A stretch of DNA of 64,000 nucleotides from Octopus bimaculoides (taxonomy: Eukaryota): positions 64,601,869 through 64,665,868 of the forward strand of contig NC_068990.1 of the NCBI RefSeq assembly GCF_001194135.2, given 5' to 3'. Positions 13,279 through 24,838 of the stretch are shown piece by piece. Numbering within the stretch: the stretch's first letter is position 1; every line of letters begins with the position of its first letter. Both the position numbers and the translations under genes were made by a program. Under the pieces are notes generated by a model. It was not told the DNA's origin and made no database searches. It saw only the letters and a program-made list of their open reading frames with translations.

Positions 13279-13403
13279 GCACCTCATTTCTTGCCCATCC
13301 CTGCCAAATTCCATGGCACCTCATTTCTAGCCCATCCCTGCCAAATTCCATGGCACCTCATTTCTAGCCCATCCCTGCCAAATTCCATAGTGCCTCATTT
13401 CTA
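13279..13403. repeat. 37-bp minisatellite, ~3.4 near-identical units
   Basis: Unit gcacctcatttctagcccatccctgccaaattccatg starts at 13279, 13316 and 13353, with a partial unit at 13390. Confidence 0.92.
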
Positions 13404-14039
13404 TTGCAACCAAAGTATAAGCAAAATAAAAAAATTGTTGATCTTTTTCTGCAATTAACTTATATTTATACACTATGTTATGACTGTTGTGCATGATAAA
13501 TTTAAGCGGATTGAGATATGAAAAAACAAAAAGGAAAAGAATTCTTGCTGGTATTTTTGCCAAATTTTGTCAATCTTGGGTTGCATATTTTAGTAAACAC
13601 ACCCATGTCATCTTGGATACCAATTTTTGCTTGCTTTTTGTTTGTATAATTTCTTCAGGTTGAGGCACTGTGTTCTCAGAGCATTGGAGCAAAACAGCTA
13701 TTGCTCTCTCTAGAAACTGGGCATTTGCTTTTTATTGAGATCCAGAAGCTAAAGTGGACATTTTTAAACTTCATCTTGTTCTTGAAATGTGAAATCTTTC
13801 ACTCATATGGTTTCTCGTCAAGTCATATCACTTGATGTCCAATCTGTAAAGTAACATGTTAGTGCAGACAAGAGACTTAGCAAATGAGACTCTATACACT
13901 TGAGTATGACATGATTAGGATTTTTAATTCCTTTTCAAATCATGAAGCTGCATTGTAATTCTATCTCAGAGAACAACAGTTTTGTCAGTTGGAAGTCAAT
14001 ACATTCTCCATTAGTTTTAGCATCTTTCTTTTAGACTGG

Positions 14040-14385
14040 ATCCATGCTGGGGCACTGCCTTGAAGTGTTTTGTCAACCAGATCAACCATAGTATTTATTT
14101 TTCATGCTTGGTCCTTATTCTTTTGGTCTCTTTTTCCCAAACCATTAAGTTAGAGGAATGTAAAGAAACTAACACCAGTTGCCAAGTCGTGGTGAGGGAC
14201 AAATACACACATGCATACACATATTTGACAGGCTTTTTTTAATATTCATCTATCATCCACTCATAAGGACTTGGTCGATCCAGGCTATAGTACAAGACTT
14301 ATTCGAAGCACCATGCAGTAGGATTGAACCCAGAACCATTGTTTGAGAAACCAGCTTCTTACCACACAGTCATACCTGCACCTTT
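14040..14385 (-). mobile_element. SINE-like repeat (family E plus D-type head) inserted in the hAT fossil
   Basis: catgctggggcactgccttgaag...gggacaaatacacac resembles 24912-25130; catgcagtaggattgaacccagaacc...cttcttaccacacagtc resembles family D. Confidence 0.6.
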
Positions 14386-15127
14386 ATCCTGAACTCTAGC
14401 TGACTTCCTTTTCATTCCTTTTTGTCAATTTGTGATATTTGCTGCAACATATCAGTATATACACATATTAATGCTAACTTTATGTGCTTAAATATATTAG
14501 CAATATAAGCTAGTCTGCACTCGAAAAGTCATCCATGAATGGGTTAGACTTTTTTCTTTCATTTTCACTGATAAGAAAGAGCATAATTTCTTTTTTTAAA
14601 TTGATGTACATGTGACAATTTTACTTCTGAATAACCATATTTCATTAAAGTGATAAGAGATTTAGAGTAAACATTCATACTCAAACACTTGTGTAAAGAT
14701 AAGACTTTTTGAGGACTTACCTTTGGTTTTGAGGACCCTGGAACATTAATAACAGCTGGCAGTTTATCCTTCAAGGCATTGATCATTAAGAAACAGTGAG
14801 TTGTAATTATGTATAGGTTAAGGTTTCTTGCTAGTGTTACAAAACCTTTGAGAATACCAGTCATGGCTGGGGTAACATCAGTGCAAATTCCAGCACAGAT
14901 TTTCCCAGACATTTTGTTGAATGTGAAATATGAGCATCTTGTTTCAAAAATATCATTAACTGTTACGGTTATTTTAACTTCCTTAAGGAAGTTGGCTGTA
15001 TCATTCTGAGCAAACAAAACAAATTCCATCAAGTCTGTCATTTCATCAATTTCAAGGACATATAAAATACTATCTTCTACATCTGCTAACATTCTTAACA
15101 ATGCTTTTATATACTATCATTTGAGAG

Positions 15128-15305
15128 TGGTCATCATTATTGCCATCAACATCGTCATTTAATGTCCGTTTTTCATGCTGGCATGGGTTGGGCAGTTTGA
15201 CAGGACCAGGCTCCAGTTGTCTGTTTTGGCATGGTTTCTGCAGCTGGATGCCCTTCCTGGTGCCAACCACTTTACAGTGTGTTCTGAGTGTTCTTTTACA
15301 AGGCA
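15128..15305 (-). mobile_element. RTE-LINE 3' tail (family A) inserted into the hAT transposase
   Basis: tcatcatt...catgctggcatgggttgg...gctggatgcccttcc; lies between the IPL and LSND segments of the transposase. Confidence 0.8.
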
Positions 15306-16496
15306 CTAACTAGGGGTATCTTTTTAATTTGATACCTCATTCCCAAACATAATTCAGATCTCTCTTTTCAAAGAGGTCTGATCAACTGTCTCCAATATTG
15401 TGCAGCTGTCATTTTCTTGGTAATCTATTCTGAAGCAACAAATTTAGAAACTAGAGGCCTTTGACTTTTTTTAGAGGATGTAGAGCCTTGCTTTTAAGAT
15501 TTGTAGGAAATATCTTGAAGTAATCAACATGTTTTCCTACCAAATGAATGTTGACTTGTAAAATTACACTATAATTTTCTTGGCATCACAGTTTCATGCT
15601 TAATTTTTCCAACAAATGAGACACTGAAAAGGTGGGCTTTTTTTCTTATTCAGACCAGTTGAAAATGAATAACAGATAACATTCACTTACCCTTCACGTA
15701 TTTCAAGCACTTGGAACTAGTTGGCCTGGTTGACACTGCATCATCATCATTCTCAATCACTAAATCACAAGAATCATTTACTAATGTATACAGAGTGTAA
15801 ATTTTTCTTCACTTTTTGTTTTTTCTGTTCATTTTGATTGAACTTCTATTTCAAATGCAAACAAACATTTCAGCTAAATATCAAATTGACTACTTCAAAA
15901 TATCAGCTGAATTGCACAGAAATTATAAGCTCAAGGTAGCTTCAATACCTTTAATCAGGAGTTAAAGATTTAACTTTAAAAAACAAAAGGATTTATAACT
16001 TATCAAATTCATCTTATCATTCTCCTTATCGTGGAGGAAATGTTTGCACCACCACTATTTTGTTCCAGAGTGACAGCATTGGAGTAATTTTTTTTTAACT
16101 GCTGCTTTTGTCTGTGATGTTTTCTTGCTCATTCTTTGGTTGTATTTATAGATAAGAACATTAAATTCCTTTCATTTCTCTGAATTTTTTTTTCTCTTTC
16201 GGTTTATCAATTTATTTTACACGTACTGTTCTTCATTTGTACAAATCTGGAAGTAAAAAAAATTATTTCAGTAAATATGATAAACTAAATAAAATATAGG
16301 TTCCATCAAGGCCATTACAATTCTGTCTCTGAGGTTTGCTTTAGAAACATTAGCTATTTTTTTCTTTTGGCATAAACCTGCATGTTGTTTAATGTACCAT
16401 TGTATAGATTGACACAAACCCAAACTTATTTACCTTTCTTCATGTGTTTAAACTTTCAATGGCTCTTATAACCAAGATTATCAATTGTATAGCTTA

Positions 16497-16823
16497 TCAA
16501 AGGCCTCTAGTTGCTAGATTTGTTGCTTCAGAATAGATTACCAAAAAAATGATGGCTGCACAATATTGGAGACATTTGATTAAATCTCTTTGTAAAGAGA
16601 GATGTGAATTATGTTTGGGAATGAGGTATCAAATTAAAAAGATACCCCATGTTAGTGCATTGTAAAAAAAAAAAAAAACTTTCAGAAAACACTGTAAAGC
16701 AGTTGGCATCAGGAAGGGCATCCAGCTGCAGAAACCATGCCAATACAGACAACTGGAGTCTGGTGCAACTCTGGTTTGTTAGCTCCTGTCAAACTGCCCA
16801 ACCCACACCAACATGAAAAACAG
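16497..16823 (+). repeat. Inverted duplicate of 15166-15464 (hAT fragment plus RTE tail)
   Basis: tcaaaggcctctag...gatacccc...gttagtgc is the reverse complement of 15303-15464, and the match continues through the RTE tail with shared variants. Confidence 0.88.
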
Positions 16824-18284
16824 ACTCAGCATTTTAAAAATTATTTTGCAATATATCCACATGAGACAGCCTATAAGTTTATCATAGCAGAGAATGTTCT
16901 TCAGAAGATTAGCTGTTTTATCAGCAAGATGAAAGTAAGACTTTTTTTTTTTTAATGTTTTTGAGAAAATATTTTATCCAAGTTAGGTACTTAGTAAATG
17001 TATTCATGGTCCTGTGTAAATAATTTGCTGGATTTATTCCTAACATGATCTGACATTCTGGAAAGACTCATTTCGTCAGTGGTTTCATGCCATTTTCTAT
17101 TGAGGTGATGTTCCATATGTTTTTTGGCAGATGTATTTATCACTTCAGATATAATTCTGTATAAATATTCAAGAGGAAAAAAAATCTATTTCTGTCTTAT
17201 CTCAATGCGTGGGTTGGCATTGGTCCTGAAAACTTAGTTATATACTACACAGCATCAATCATTCCATTTGTTTATATAATTTTTTTCCATTTCAGTTTAA
17301 TTTTCTCTGCTGTTAAAGTCAGAAACAATAATGCTTATGTCATCTACAGTAAAATTGAAATATTTCTGCCACTTATTTCAGTCAGTATCTTGAGAGTTGA
17401 ACTTTCAAATTTATCTTTTGAATGAGTTGGTGTTATGGTGTGTATAAAGTTTGAAAACAATATGCAGAAAATACCATTGGACTTTTCTGATTTTGAGTTT
17501 CCTTAAACTTTCTTCAGATCATATATTCCAATGTCATGTTTTCTTTTTGCAGAAGGAACATCAATAAGAGGCCTTTATAGGGGCCTTTGATGTTACTGTA
17601 GTTAATCCTGCTCAAGAAGACTTATGATATGGAGATGAGTGAAAATATTTCGAAGATTCTATAATGGCTGAGTGATTTGATTCATTGATCTAAAAGTCTG
17701 GAGTTCATATACTACCTCTAATATAGATTTATTGTTATTACTATGAGTAATATAAAGTTATTGTCATTACCTGGTTTGCTTCTAATAGCCTGGCTAAAAT
17801 AAATCTCAGTGATTCCAAAGCAGTGAAGCAAATATTTGGAAAGAGGTAACTTAGTATAAATTCTGAAAATAAGTTCATCCAACTGGCAATGTTTACAAAG
17901 TATGTAAATTTACCTATTCATCCAACCCTTGCTGTTCTAAAACAGTAGATGTAATATCTTTTAGAAAAAAAATAGTTGGCTTTTCCCTCTTTTCTTTTAA
18001 TTTACAATTCTTTCAGTACACTTTGTGACACTGATGTATTGGTTGAAGTGTAGAAGGTGGCTAGAACTAAGTTTCTTTTGTGTTATATGTGTGATTTTCA
18101 CTATTACATAACTCTCGCAAAGAAAAACTGGAGAAGAAAAACTGAAATTACAATATAATATAAAAAACTGTATTGAATGGGTCACAAGCATAAATAATGA
18201 TTCCATAGAAGTATGATTTTCATTTATATCAATCAAATGCAGTTCCATAGAAGCTTTGCACCAAAAAAGTCTTAATTTTACTCT

Positions 18285-18665
18285 TCTAATGTACATGTTC
18301 AAATGCAGGCATTGTCATTTATAGCATCCATTATACATTGTTGTCTGTCATTGTAGACCTGTGGAAGGAGTTAGCATGTGTATAACATGGTGTACAATTT
18401 TAATAGTTGCCCACCCAAGCATCCTCACACGCACACGTCCACTCTTTCTCTATGCATCTTCTACCTTGAGGGCATACTCTGCTACCTCATGTCCATCTTT
18501 TCTTTCTTTCCTGCTGGAGTGAACATGTACCTTTTACAGAGCAAGACCCCTACTCCTGACCCTTTTACCTATTTTAGTCTCTCTACACCTGGCACAATGC
18601 CTCCACTCTCAATACTGTACCCCAACTCTGTGAACCAGTCTTGTCTTGCATGTCACTTGATGACC
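18285..18665 (+). mobile_element. Possible Penelope-like remnant, highly decayed
   Basis: TCSNAGIVIYSI loosely resembles the GIY-YIG N-terminal TC..NVIYCI motif; a C/T-rich tract follows. Confidence 0.25.
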
Positions 18666-18672
18666 CCCAACT

Positions 18673-18868
18673 AATGCTGGTGCCATGAAAAAAAGAACCC
18701 AGTACACTCTGTAAAGTGGTTGGCATTAAGAATGGCATTCGGCCATAGAAACCTTGCCAAAACAGACAGTGGAAACTAAAACACCCTTCAGGTTAGTGAG
18801 ATACTGATGAACTGTCCAACTGATGTCAGCAGGGAACCACTGTGTCAAATGATGATGATGATGATGGT
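18673..18868 (+). mobile_element. RTE-LINE 3' tail (family A)
   Basis: tgctggtgccatgaaaaaaagaaccc...gtggttggcattaagaatggcattcggcc...gatgatgatgatgatg. Confidence 0.75.
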
Positions 18869-19056
18869 AATGTAGTAGTGGCTGTTGAAAGACACGACTG
18901 AGTTGACAGAATGATGGTCAGTCAAAGTGTCTTTGGCTGTATCGTGTGAAGGGCTCTCTATTGTGTTAGTTCCCAAGATATTTTGCTAGCTTAGTCTAGC
19001 TAGCTTCAGATAGATACCCTGGATAACAGATTATGACATAGCTAATGAATGTTTAA

Positions 19057-19276
19057 CCCTTTCGTTACCAACCTGGCTGAATCAGGCTCTGGCTTTGGGT
19101 ACAAATGTCTTGTTTTCATAAGTTTTGAATTAAAATCTTCCACCAAACCTTAATTACAATTTATGTTCCTAACACTAGCTGAATGATAGCTAAGTTATTT
19201 TACTAAATTCTTTGTTACATTTAAAGTAATTGAGAGAAACACAGAGCATCTTAAAATAAATACAGTAATGAAAGGG
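19057..19276. mobile_element. TTAA-flanked piggyBac-like MITE family C2
   Basis: ttaa|ccctttcgttac...gtaatgaaaggg|ttaa (12-bp TIR, 1 mismatch). Confidence 0.8.
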
Positions 19277-20311
19277 TTAAATAGCAGTGTGGTGTTCAAA
19301 TATTGCCAAGAGTTTAGCTCAAAGAGGGATGTTCTTGACACAATTGCTATTTGACAGACATACAGTATAAAAAGTTGTTAGGCTGTCTCAACATCTGATG
19401 ATGTATAATGGTGACTTAAAAAAAATTTATTGGAAAAATAATTTACATTTATGTATAGTTTTGACTAAAAAAGCAGCACCTGTGATCCTACAAGACTGAT
19501 GTAATGAAGGGATGAATTTACTCTCAATTTGGTGAATGAGCTCGAATGCTTGCAACAGAGTGAACACTATTAAAGGCACTCAAAAGGTAACTGGTGGTGT
19601 TAAACTGGCTGATAGATTAAGTGTATGTTAACTGTATTACCTAGACATGCTAGCAGCTGAGGACTTAGAAATACCAAAACTTCACAAATTACTATTTTGT
19701 ATATTTCTTCCTCTGTTGTTTAGTCTTTTACTGTAAATCAATTCTATAATCTTTGACCATGTATGTTTATTAGGTTTTGTTAAATCAGCAGCTGGGAGGT
19801 GAAGAAATATGCAGAGCTAATGGTGTTAATGGGAGGAGTAGTTTTCAGGTGAAATCAAGATCAATATACTGTTTTAACCTCTTGCTACAGACCATTCTTT
19901 GTTATTGAAATCTTTTAATTTAATGTCTGGTTCTGCTTGTGGAATAGAATACTTGTAAATGTTTTCCAAAGTAAATTAATATTGGTAATTGTACAATGAA
20001 CAATGTTAACAATACACAGAGATCTACCAAATTTCTAAAGGAAAACATGGCAAAGTTAGTATAAACAATTGAAGGATTGGAATGGTATTATTAATTCTTT
20101 GAATAAATAATTAAGTTCCAAGAGCTTTCTTTCTTAAGTCAATCACATTCTGATAATACATTGTCATCTGAGACCAGATTCAAACACAGCATCTCCAGTT
20201 GATCTACTCTATTTTTATCATCCTTCAGTCTATTGTCTTACCATTCTTTAACCCTTTTCACACCAACCTGCCTGATGCTACCCTTGATTCTAAGATACAA
20301 ATTTGTTTTAA

Positions 20312-20531
20312 CCCTTTAGCATTCAGATTTTTCTGTCAAATGTTATGCTTGTTTACTCACATTGATTTGAATTACTCATGCATTACCTTGTCTCTCTGAG
20401 ATTTCAGTGATGTGATTGCTTATTTTCAGAATAACATTGTAGGGTAAGTGTGAGAGGCTGGATATGACCAGTTTGAAGATAAAACAAGAAGATTATTTTG
20501 ACCAAATATGGCCAGTTTAAATGCTAAAGGG
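20312..20531 (+). mobile_element. MITE C1, intact
   Basis: ttaa|ccctttagcatt...aatgctaaaggg|ttaa; perfect 12-bp TIR and TTAA TSD. Confidence 0.88.
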
Positions 20532-20577
20532 TTAAAATTGTCTGTATTAAACCCTTCCATCAAAATTTCTTGTAAAT

Positions 20578-20905
20578 GCATGGCTCAGTGGTTAGAGCAT
20601 CGGGCTCACAATCATGAGGTCATGAGTTTGGTTCTCAGACCAGGCTGTGTGTTGTGTTCTTGAGCAAGACACTTTATTTCACATTGCTCTAATTCATTCA
20701 GCTGTAGAAATGAGTTGCAATGATACTGGTGTTAAGCTGTATGAGCCTTTGCCTTTCCCCTGGACAACATTGGTGGTGTGGAGATAGGAGGCTGGTATGC
20801 ATGGGCAACTGCTGGTCTTCCATACATAAATTGCCTGGACTTTTGCTTCAGAGGGTAACTTTCTCAGTGCAATCTCATGGTGCTTTGTGACTGAAGGGGT
20901 CTTCC
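20578..20905 (+). mobile_element. tRNA-derived SINE family F (CORE-like central motif)
   Basis: A-box-like tggctcagtgg, decayed B box gagtttggttctc, and tgtgttcttgagcaagacactt. Confidence 0.75.
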
Positions 20906-21127
20906 TAATGTATGTTCTGAACACCAGCTTATTTAGGACTTGTAAATAAAGTTACATTACTAAACATTTTCATTGTTTTCAAAATTAATTGAAACAAAGG
21001 CAGTGTATTTCTAAAGAAATATGGTAACAAAATGATTGACATACAATGATATAAGGTATATGAATAGTGAACACATGAAATTCCTATAGGAAGTTAAGGG
21101 AGGTTAGGTAAGGAATTTGAATTTTAA

Positions 21128-21321
21128 CTCTTTAGCATATCAGGCCCAAATATACCACTTGTTTTATGCTGATCAGTCAAATCTAGCTTCTTACAACATC
21201 TCTCTCAAAATAAACAGTCACCTCATGAATATCTCAAAACTACAAGATAATGCATCATTAACTGAAAATAATGTGAATAAATAAGCATTACATGTGGCAA
21301 AATGATCTGAATGTTAAAGGG
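21128..21321 (-). mobile_element. MITE C1
   Basis: ttaa|ctctttagcat...aatgttaaaggg|ttaa. Confidence 0.78.
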
Positions 21322-21371
21322 TTAAATTTAACAATAACAAACATTGCTGTTATATTGGTTTCAAAATTTTT

Positions 21372-21520
21372 GTACAAGGTCAGCCATTTCAGGGAGGGAG
21401 CGAATTGATTACATTGACTCTAGTGCTCAACTGGTGCATTTGAACCCAGAACTTAAAGATGGATGAAATGCTGGTAAGCATATTGCCTGGTGTGTTAATG
21501 ATTTTGCCAGCTTGCTGCTT
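21372..21520 (-). mobile_element. SINE family B fragment
   Basis: gattacattgactctagtgctcaactgg...tttgaacccagaac...gctggtaagcatattgcctggtgtgttaatgattttgccagc. Confidence 0.6.
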
Positions 21521-21586
21521 TGAGTATTGCTATAATTGCTACTTGACTTGTTAGTACCATTCACCAGGTTACTTACATATTGATCC

Positions 21587-21621
<35 letters not shown>

Positions 21622-21799
21622 TTATTGTCTGGTCTTTTCAATCTGGCTTTATGGAGTCAAGTACAGTAAAAAGATTTGTCCAATAATTTTTCAACTCAAG
21701 AATCTAGCAAGTGTACCAGAATCTAAACTCTTAAGTTTCTACTTACCAGTTTATTCTGTGATTTTGCTTAACAGTTTGTTTAATTATTAACTGCATTTG

Positions 21800-21849
21800 T
21801 TTCTTCAATGAATTTTTATTTATATTTCATGTATTACTTTCAGGTAAGT
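21800..21849 (+). promoter_or_regulatory. Juxtaposed 3'/5' splice signal (tttcAG|GTAAGT), candidate recursive splice site
   Basis: T-rich tract, AG at 21842-43, then the consensus donor GTAAGT at 21844-49. Confidence 0.4.
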
Positions 21850-22304
21850 GGAATCTTCTGCTCAATCCATGCTATGTAACAAAGAGGTTAGCCTTTTAGC
21901 AGCAACTATTTGCATATTTTGAACCCTTATAGTGGTAGGTGGTTTTTCCTTTATTTACTTTTTTATATTTCACTTTTAAAGAAACCAAAAGCAGTGTGAA
22001 AATTTATAAGGTGTTTACAGCTCATACACTAGTGGATGAACAACAAATCTTGTTTTGTTAATATTCACATCTTAAATTTAAACTTAAGTTTGTTTTTGAG
22101 AAAGAATCTATTGGACAGAGATCTTCTCTTTGGATCAATCAATCCAATTTATTATTGATCATGGTATATCACGGTATAAACCAGACTACCTGATATCATT
22201 ATACATTGCTGGTTATAATGTGCTTGGTATCATTTCAGTTTTCAAATGATGCTAACCTGTTCGCTAGGCAAGCAGACCAACATTTCCAATGATTATTCCA
22301 TTGT

Positions 22305-22445
22305 AGGATTGACCATTTACAGCTGAGCTGATAGAAGCAATGTGAAGTGAAGTGCTTTGCTCAGAAAACAACACTCCTCTCGGTGAAGGAGTTGAACCCA
22401 TGATTTAGCAATTATGAGTGCAGCATCCCAACCACTAGGCCACAA
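22305..22445 (-). mobile_element. SINE family F fragment
   Basis: gcaatgtgaagtgaagtgctttgctcag...ttgaacccatg...aaccactaggccaca. Confidence 0.65.
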
Positions 22446-23279
22446 GTCTTCACAATTCATTATATAATAGAAAATGGAAAATGTCTTTTGTCTATCATAG
22501 CTGTCATATTTACATTTTGTTTTGTGTATTTGCATGTATGGAGTTTGATAAATAATTTTTTTCCAGGTTATCAACGAAGGTGTTCATATAAAAATGTTGG
22601 TGGTTGACTAATTTTCTTGAAATGGTTGTTAGTCTTTTCATATTATATATGTAACTATGTGAAAATTATTTTAGCTTATTACCTGAAGTAGGAGTAGATA
22701 AAAGGAGACTTGGGAATAATTTGTTATGGGAGAACACAAGGCCTGAAATAAGACATGATCAAGATAGATAACTTGGTGTTGTATTACAGATGTATCCAAC
22801 TTAAACTATGTCAGCATGAAAAAATGGAATGTAACAATGGTGATGGTGATTATTATTTCTCAGCAGGAGAAGTAAGTTTTCTAGAAAAGAGCCAGGAATT
22901 TGTAGTTTCATTGTTCTGAGTTCAAATTTCATGCCTCTCAGATTATAAAATAGTTATTGTACAATTAGGTCCCAGAGTTGACTTTTGCTATGCTTTGATT
23001 CCATTTACAAAAACTAGCTTTCTGCCTCAGAAAAATATTTTTGTACCAGTTTTTATGATATCTGCATAGTTAAAAGTACAGGATTCAGGCAGTGACAGAG
23101 CATCGTAAAAACTAGTACATCTTGATATTTATATATTAATAATGTTATATTAGCAAAAATACCATTCTTGCACATGATTACCTTCCTTTTATGGCCATCT
23201 TCATGCTGACAGCATGTACTTAGTTTTCTGTGCTGAATTATATAGTGAAGACAAGAAAAAGAGAAAAAGACAACACAGG

Positions 23280-23990
23280 TGGGACAAGTTTTAATGGATA
23301 TTGCATTAACTTAATGCTTAAGAAAGGAAAGGAAAGAATCTCAGTGGCCCTTCATCAAAAGAAAAGTAAAGGAGGAAAGCGGAGGTAATGGGATGAGAGT
23401 ATGTGTAGATGTGCTGGAAAAGGGAATTGGAGGAGCAGGTAGAGTAGGAGAGTAAAAATGGGTTTCAGGGTGGTGGGGACTGGGTGCTGTTGGAGGAGGG
23501 ATTGGCATGAAAGAGAGTACAGTTTATGTAACTTAATGTAGGTGATGAAATAGAGAAAGTGGGTGGTTCAGGTGGTAAATGAAACAATGAAGAAGCAAGG
23601 AAAGGAAGAGGAGGTAGGCCTGGGAAAGAAGGTTGGGGTTGTGAATTTGTTAAAGTGTGGATCAGAGGGTGGCATAGGAGGAAACAGGAGTTGTGGAAGA
23701 AGATGGGCTCGATAGAAGGGTTTGGAGTAGAAGGTAAAAGTGGAGTCCAAAACCATGAGGGATTATGCAGTGGTGCATTGAGGAAAGTGGCTTGGCTGAA
23801 GTTAATATATTTTGGAGAAGTGGTAGATAAAGTGGAGGTATGATTTGGAACGGAAAGAAGGGAGGGAAGCAAGGAAAATACAGAAGTTGAACATGTTGGG
23901 AAAATGAAAATCATAAAATGAGGGGAAAAGGTGCCAAAAAAATGACAAAAATTATAAATGGAGAAAAGGAGTTGGGGATGGAATATGTAC
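23280..23990 (-). mobile_element. Penelope-like remnant, strongly purine-rich on the + strand
   Basis: Strong strand asymmetry; shares ggacaagttttaa with 26520; decayed tgatgaagggcc core at ~23345-23358. No clear protein motif. Confidence 0.4.
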
Positions 23991-24112
23991 ACTATTTACA
24001 TTAGGTTATTGTCTGCATATTGATTGTTATGTGGTGATTTGCTGTATTTGGTAAGACATGTCAAGCTAAGCAAAATTACTATCTTCCACACATACAGGCT
24101 TGTTCTTTCAGG

Positions 24113-24350
24113 TGCTGCTGCCACTTAAAAAGCACCTGTATCAGTGCTGCATAAATGCACCTGTGCTGGTGGCATGTAAAAAGCACCCAGCACACTTTAA
24201 GTGGTTGGCATTAGGAAAGGCATCCAGCTGTAGATACCATGCCACAACAGATAGTTGGAGTACAGACTGCTTCCTGCTAGCAAGCTCCATGTCAAAGCAT
24301 CCAACCCATGCCAGCATGGGAAGCAGATGTTAAATAATGATAATGACGAA
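24113..24350 (+). mobile_element. RTE-LINE 3' tail (family A)
   Basis: tgctggtggcatgtaaaaagcaccc...ggcatccagctgtag...ccaacccatgccagcatgg...atgataatga. Confidence 0.8.
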
Positions 24351-24397
24351 GACCACATTTCGGCTGTTGTATGCTCCGGCCTTCTTCAGGTATCTTG
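24351..24397 (-). ncRNA. Hammerhead-ribozyme-like core, copy 1 (probably fossil)
   Basis: Minus strand caagatac-CUGAAGA-A-GGCCG-gagcauacaa-CAGCC-GAAA-ugugguc. Stems I and III are not convincingly formed. Confidence 0.4.
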
Positions 24398-24517
24398 CGA
24401 TTCAACTTAGTTCCTTGCCTGAGATTGAACTCAGCACCTCTAGGTGATTGCACTGCATTATCCAACACCTTTGTCCAAAACTCTATGCCCATAGGCAGTA
24501 ACAGAATGAATCTTTAA

Positions 24518-24698
24518 CCCTTTAGCATTCAAACCGGCCATATCTGGCCCAAATATTCTACCTCTTTTTTGTTCAGTGCAGCCTCTCACGTTTACCCTAC
24601 AATGCCATTCTGAAACTAAAACATTTACATTATCAAAATTGTGAAGCTTTGAGATCATACATGATTAATTCAAAACAAGTTATCTGAATGCTAAAGGG
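24518..24698 (-). mobile_element. MITE C1, internally deleted
   Basis: ttaa|ccctttagcatt...aatgctaaaggg|ttaa. Confidence 0.85.
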
Positions 24699-24838
24699 TT
24701 AAGGCTTAAAAACCTCCATTGATGTCTTCTGTTGGCACCATACCGATTGGAGGATGCAATTCTGTATTTCTGAGGTGAGGAGTTTATATCATGTACACTG
24801 TTTAGTTGGACTGGTGTCCTCATCTTGGTTGCTGCTTT

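Larger units (their letters stand above)
13540..15720 (-). mobile_element. hAT (Charlie/Buster, ZBED5/SCAND3-like) transposase fossil interrupted by SINE and RTE-tail insertions
   Basis: Minus-strand fragments in the expected order: FQCLIC...VDYFK (~15500-15680); HNIGD...IMFGNE...IPL (~15310-15460); LSND...MLADVE...EIDEMTD...NDIF...AGICTDVTPAMTGILKGFV...THCFL (ORF 14565-15101); FWISIKSKCP...AIAVLL...QDDM (~13590-13770). Confidence 0.82.
20252..21035. mobile_element. C2-like MITE split by a C1 MITE and a SINE insertion
   Basis: Segments 20252-20307, 20536-20577 and 20908-21035 align in order with C2 at 19057-19276. Confidence 0.6.

Noticed and set aside
13279-13403. 37-bp repeats as a CRISPR array
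   Set aside because: The units are contiguous with no spacers, there are no cas genes, and the context is eukaryotic.
14565-15101. 178-aa ORF as a domesticated ZBED/SCAND-like host gene
   Set aside because: The surrounding transposase is frameshifted and interrupted by insertions, and key motifs are degraded, so it is a fossil.
17535-17610. Strong acceptor ttttctttttgcAG followed by a short open frame
   Set aside because: It runs into a stop with no phase-compatible donor.
20578-20650. tRNA-like A/B boxes here and in other SINE heads
   Set aside because: No cloverleaf; they continue into SINE bodies, so they are not tRNA genes.
23465-23992. 175-aa P/S/L/F-rich minus-strand ORF (similar ones at 26792-27037 and 43682-43975)
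   Set aside because: A by-product of pyrimidine-rich strand bias in decayed repeats.
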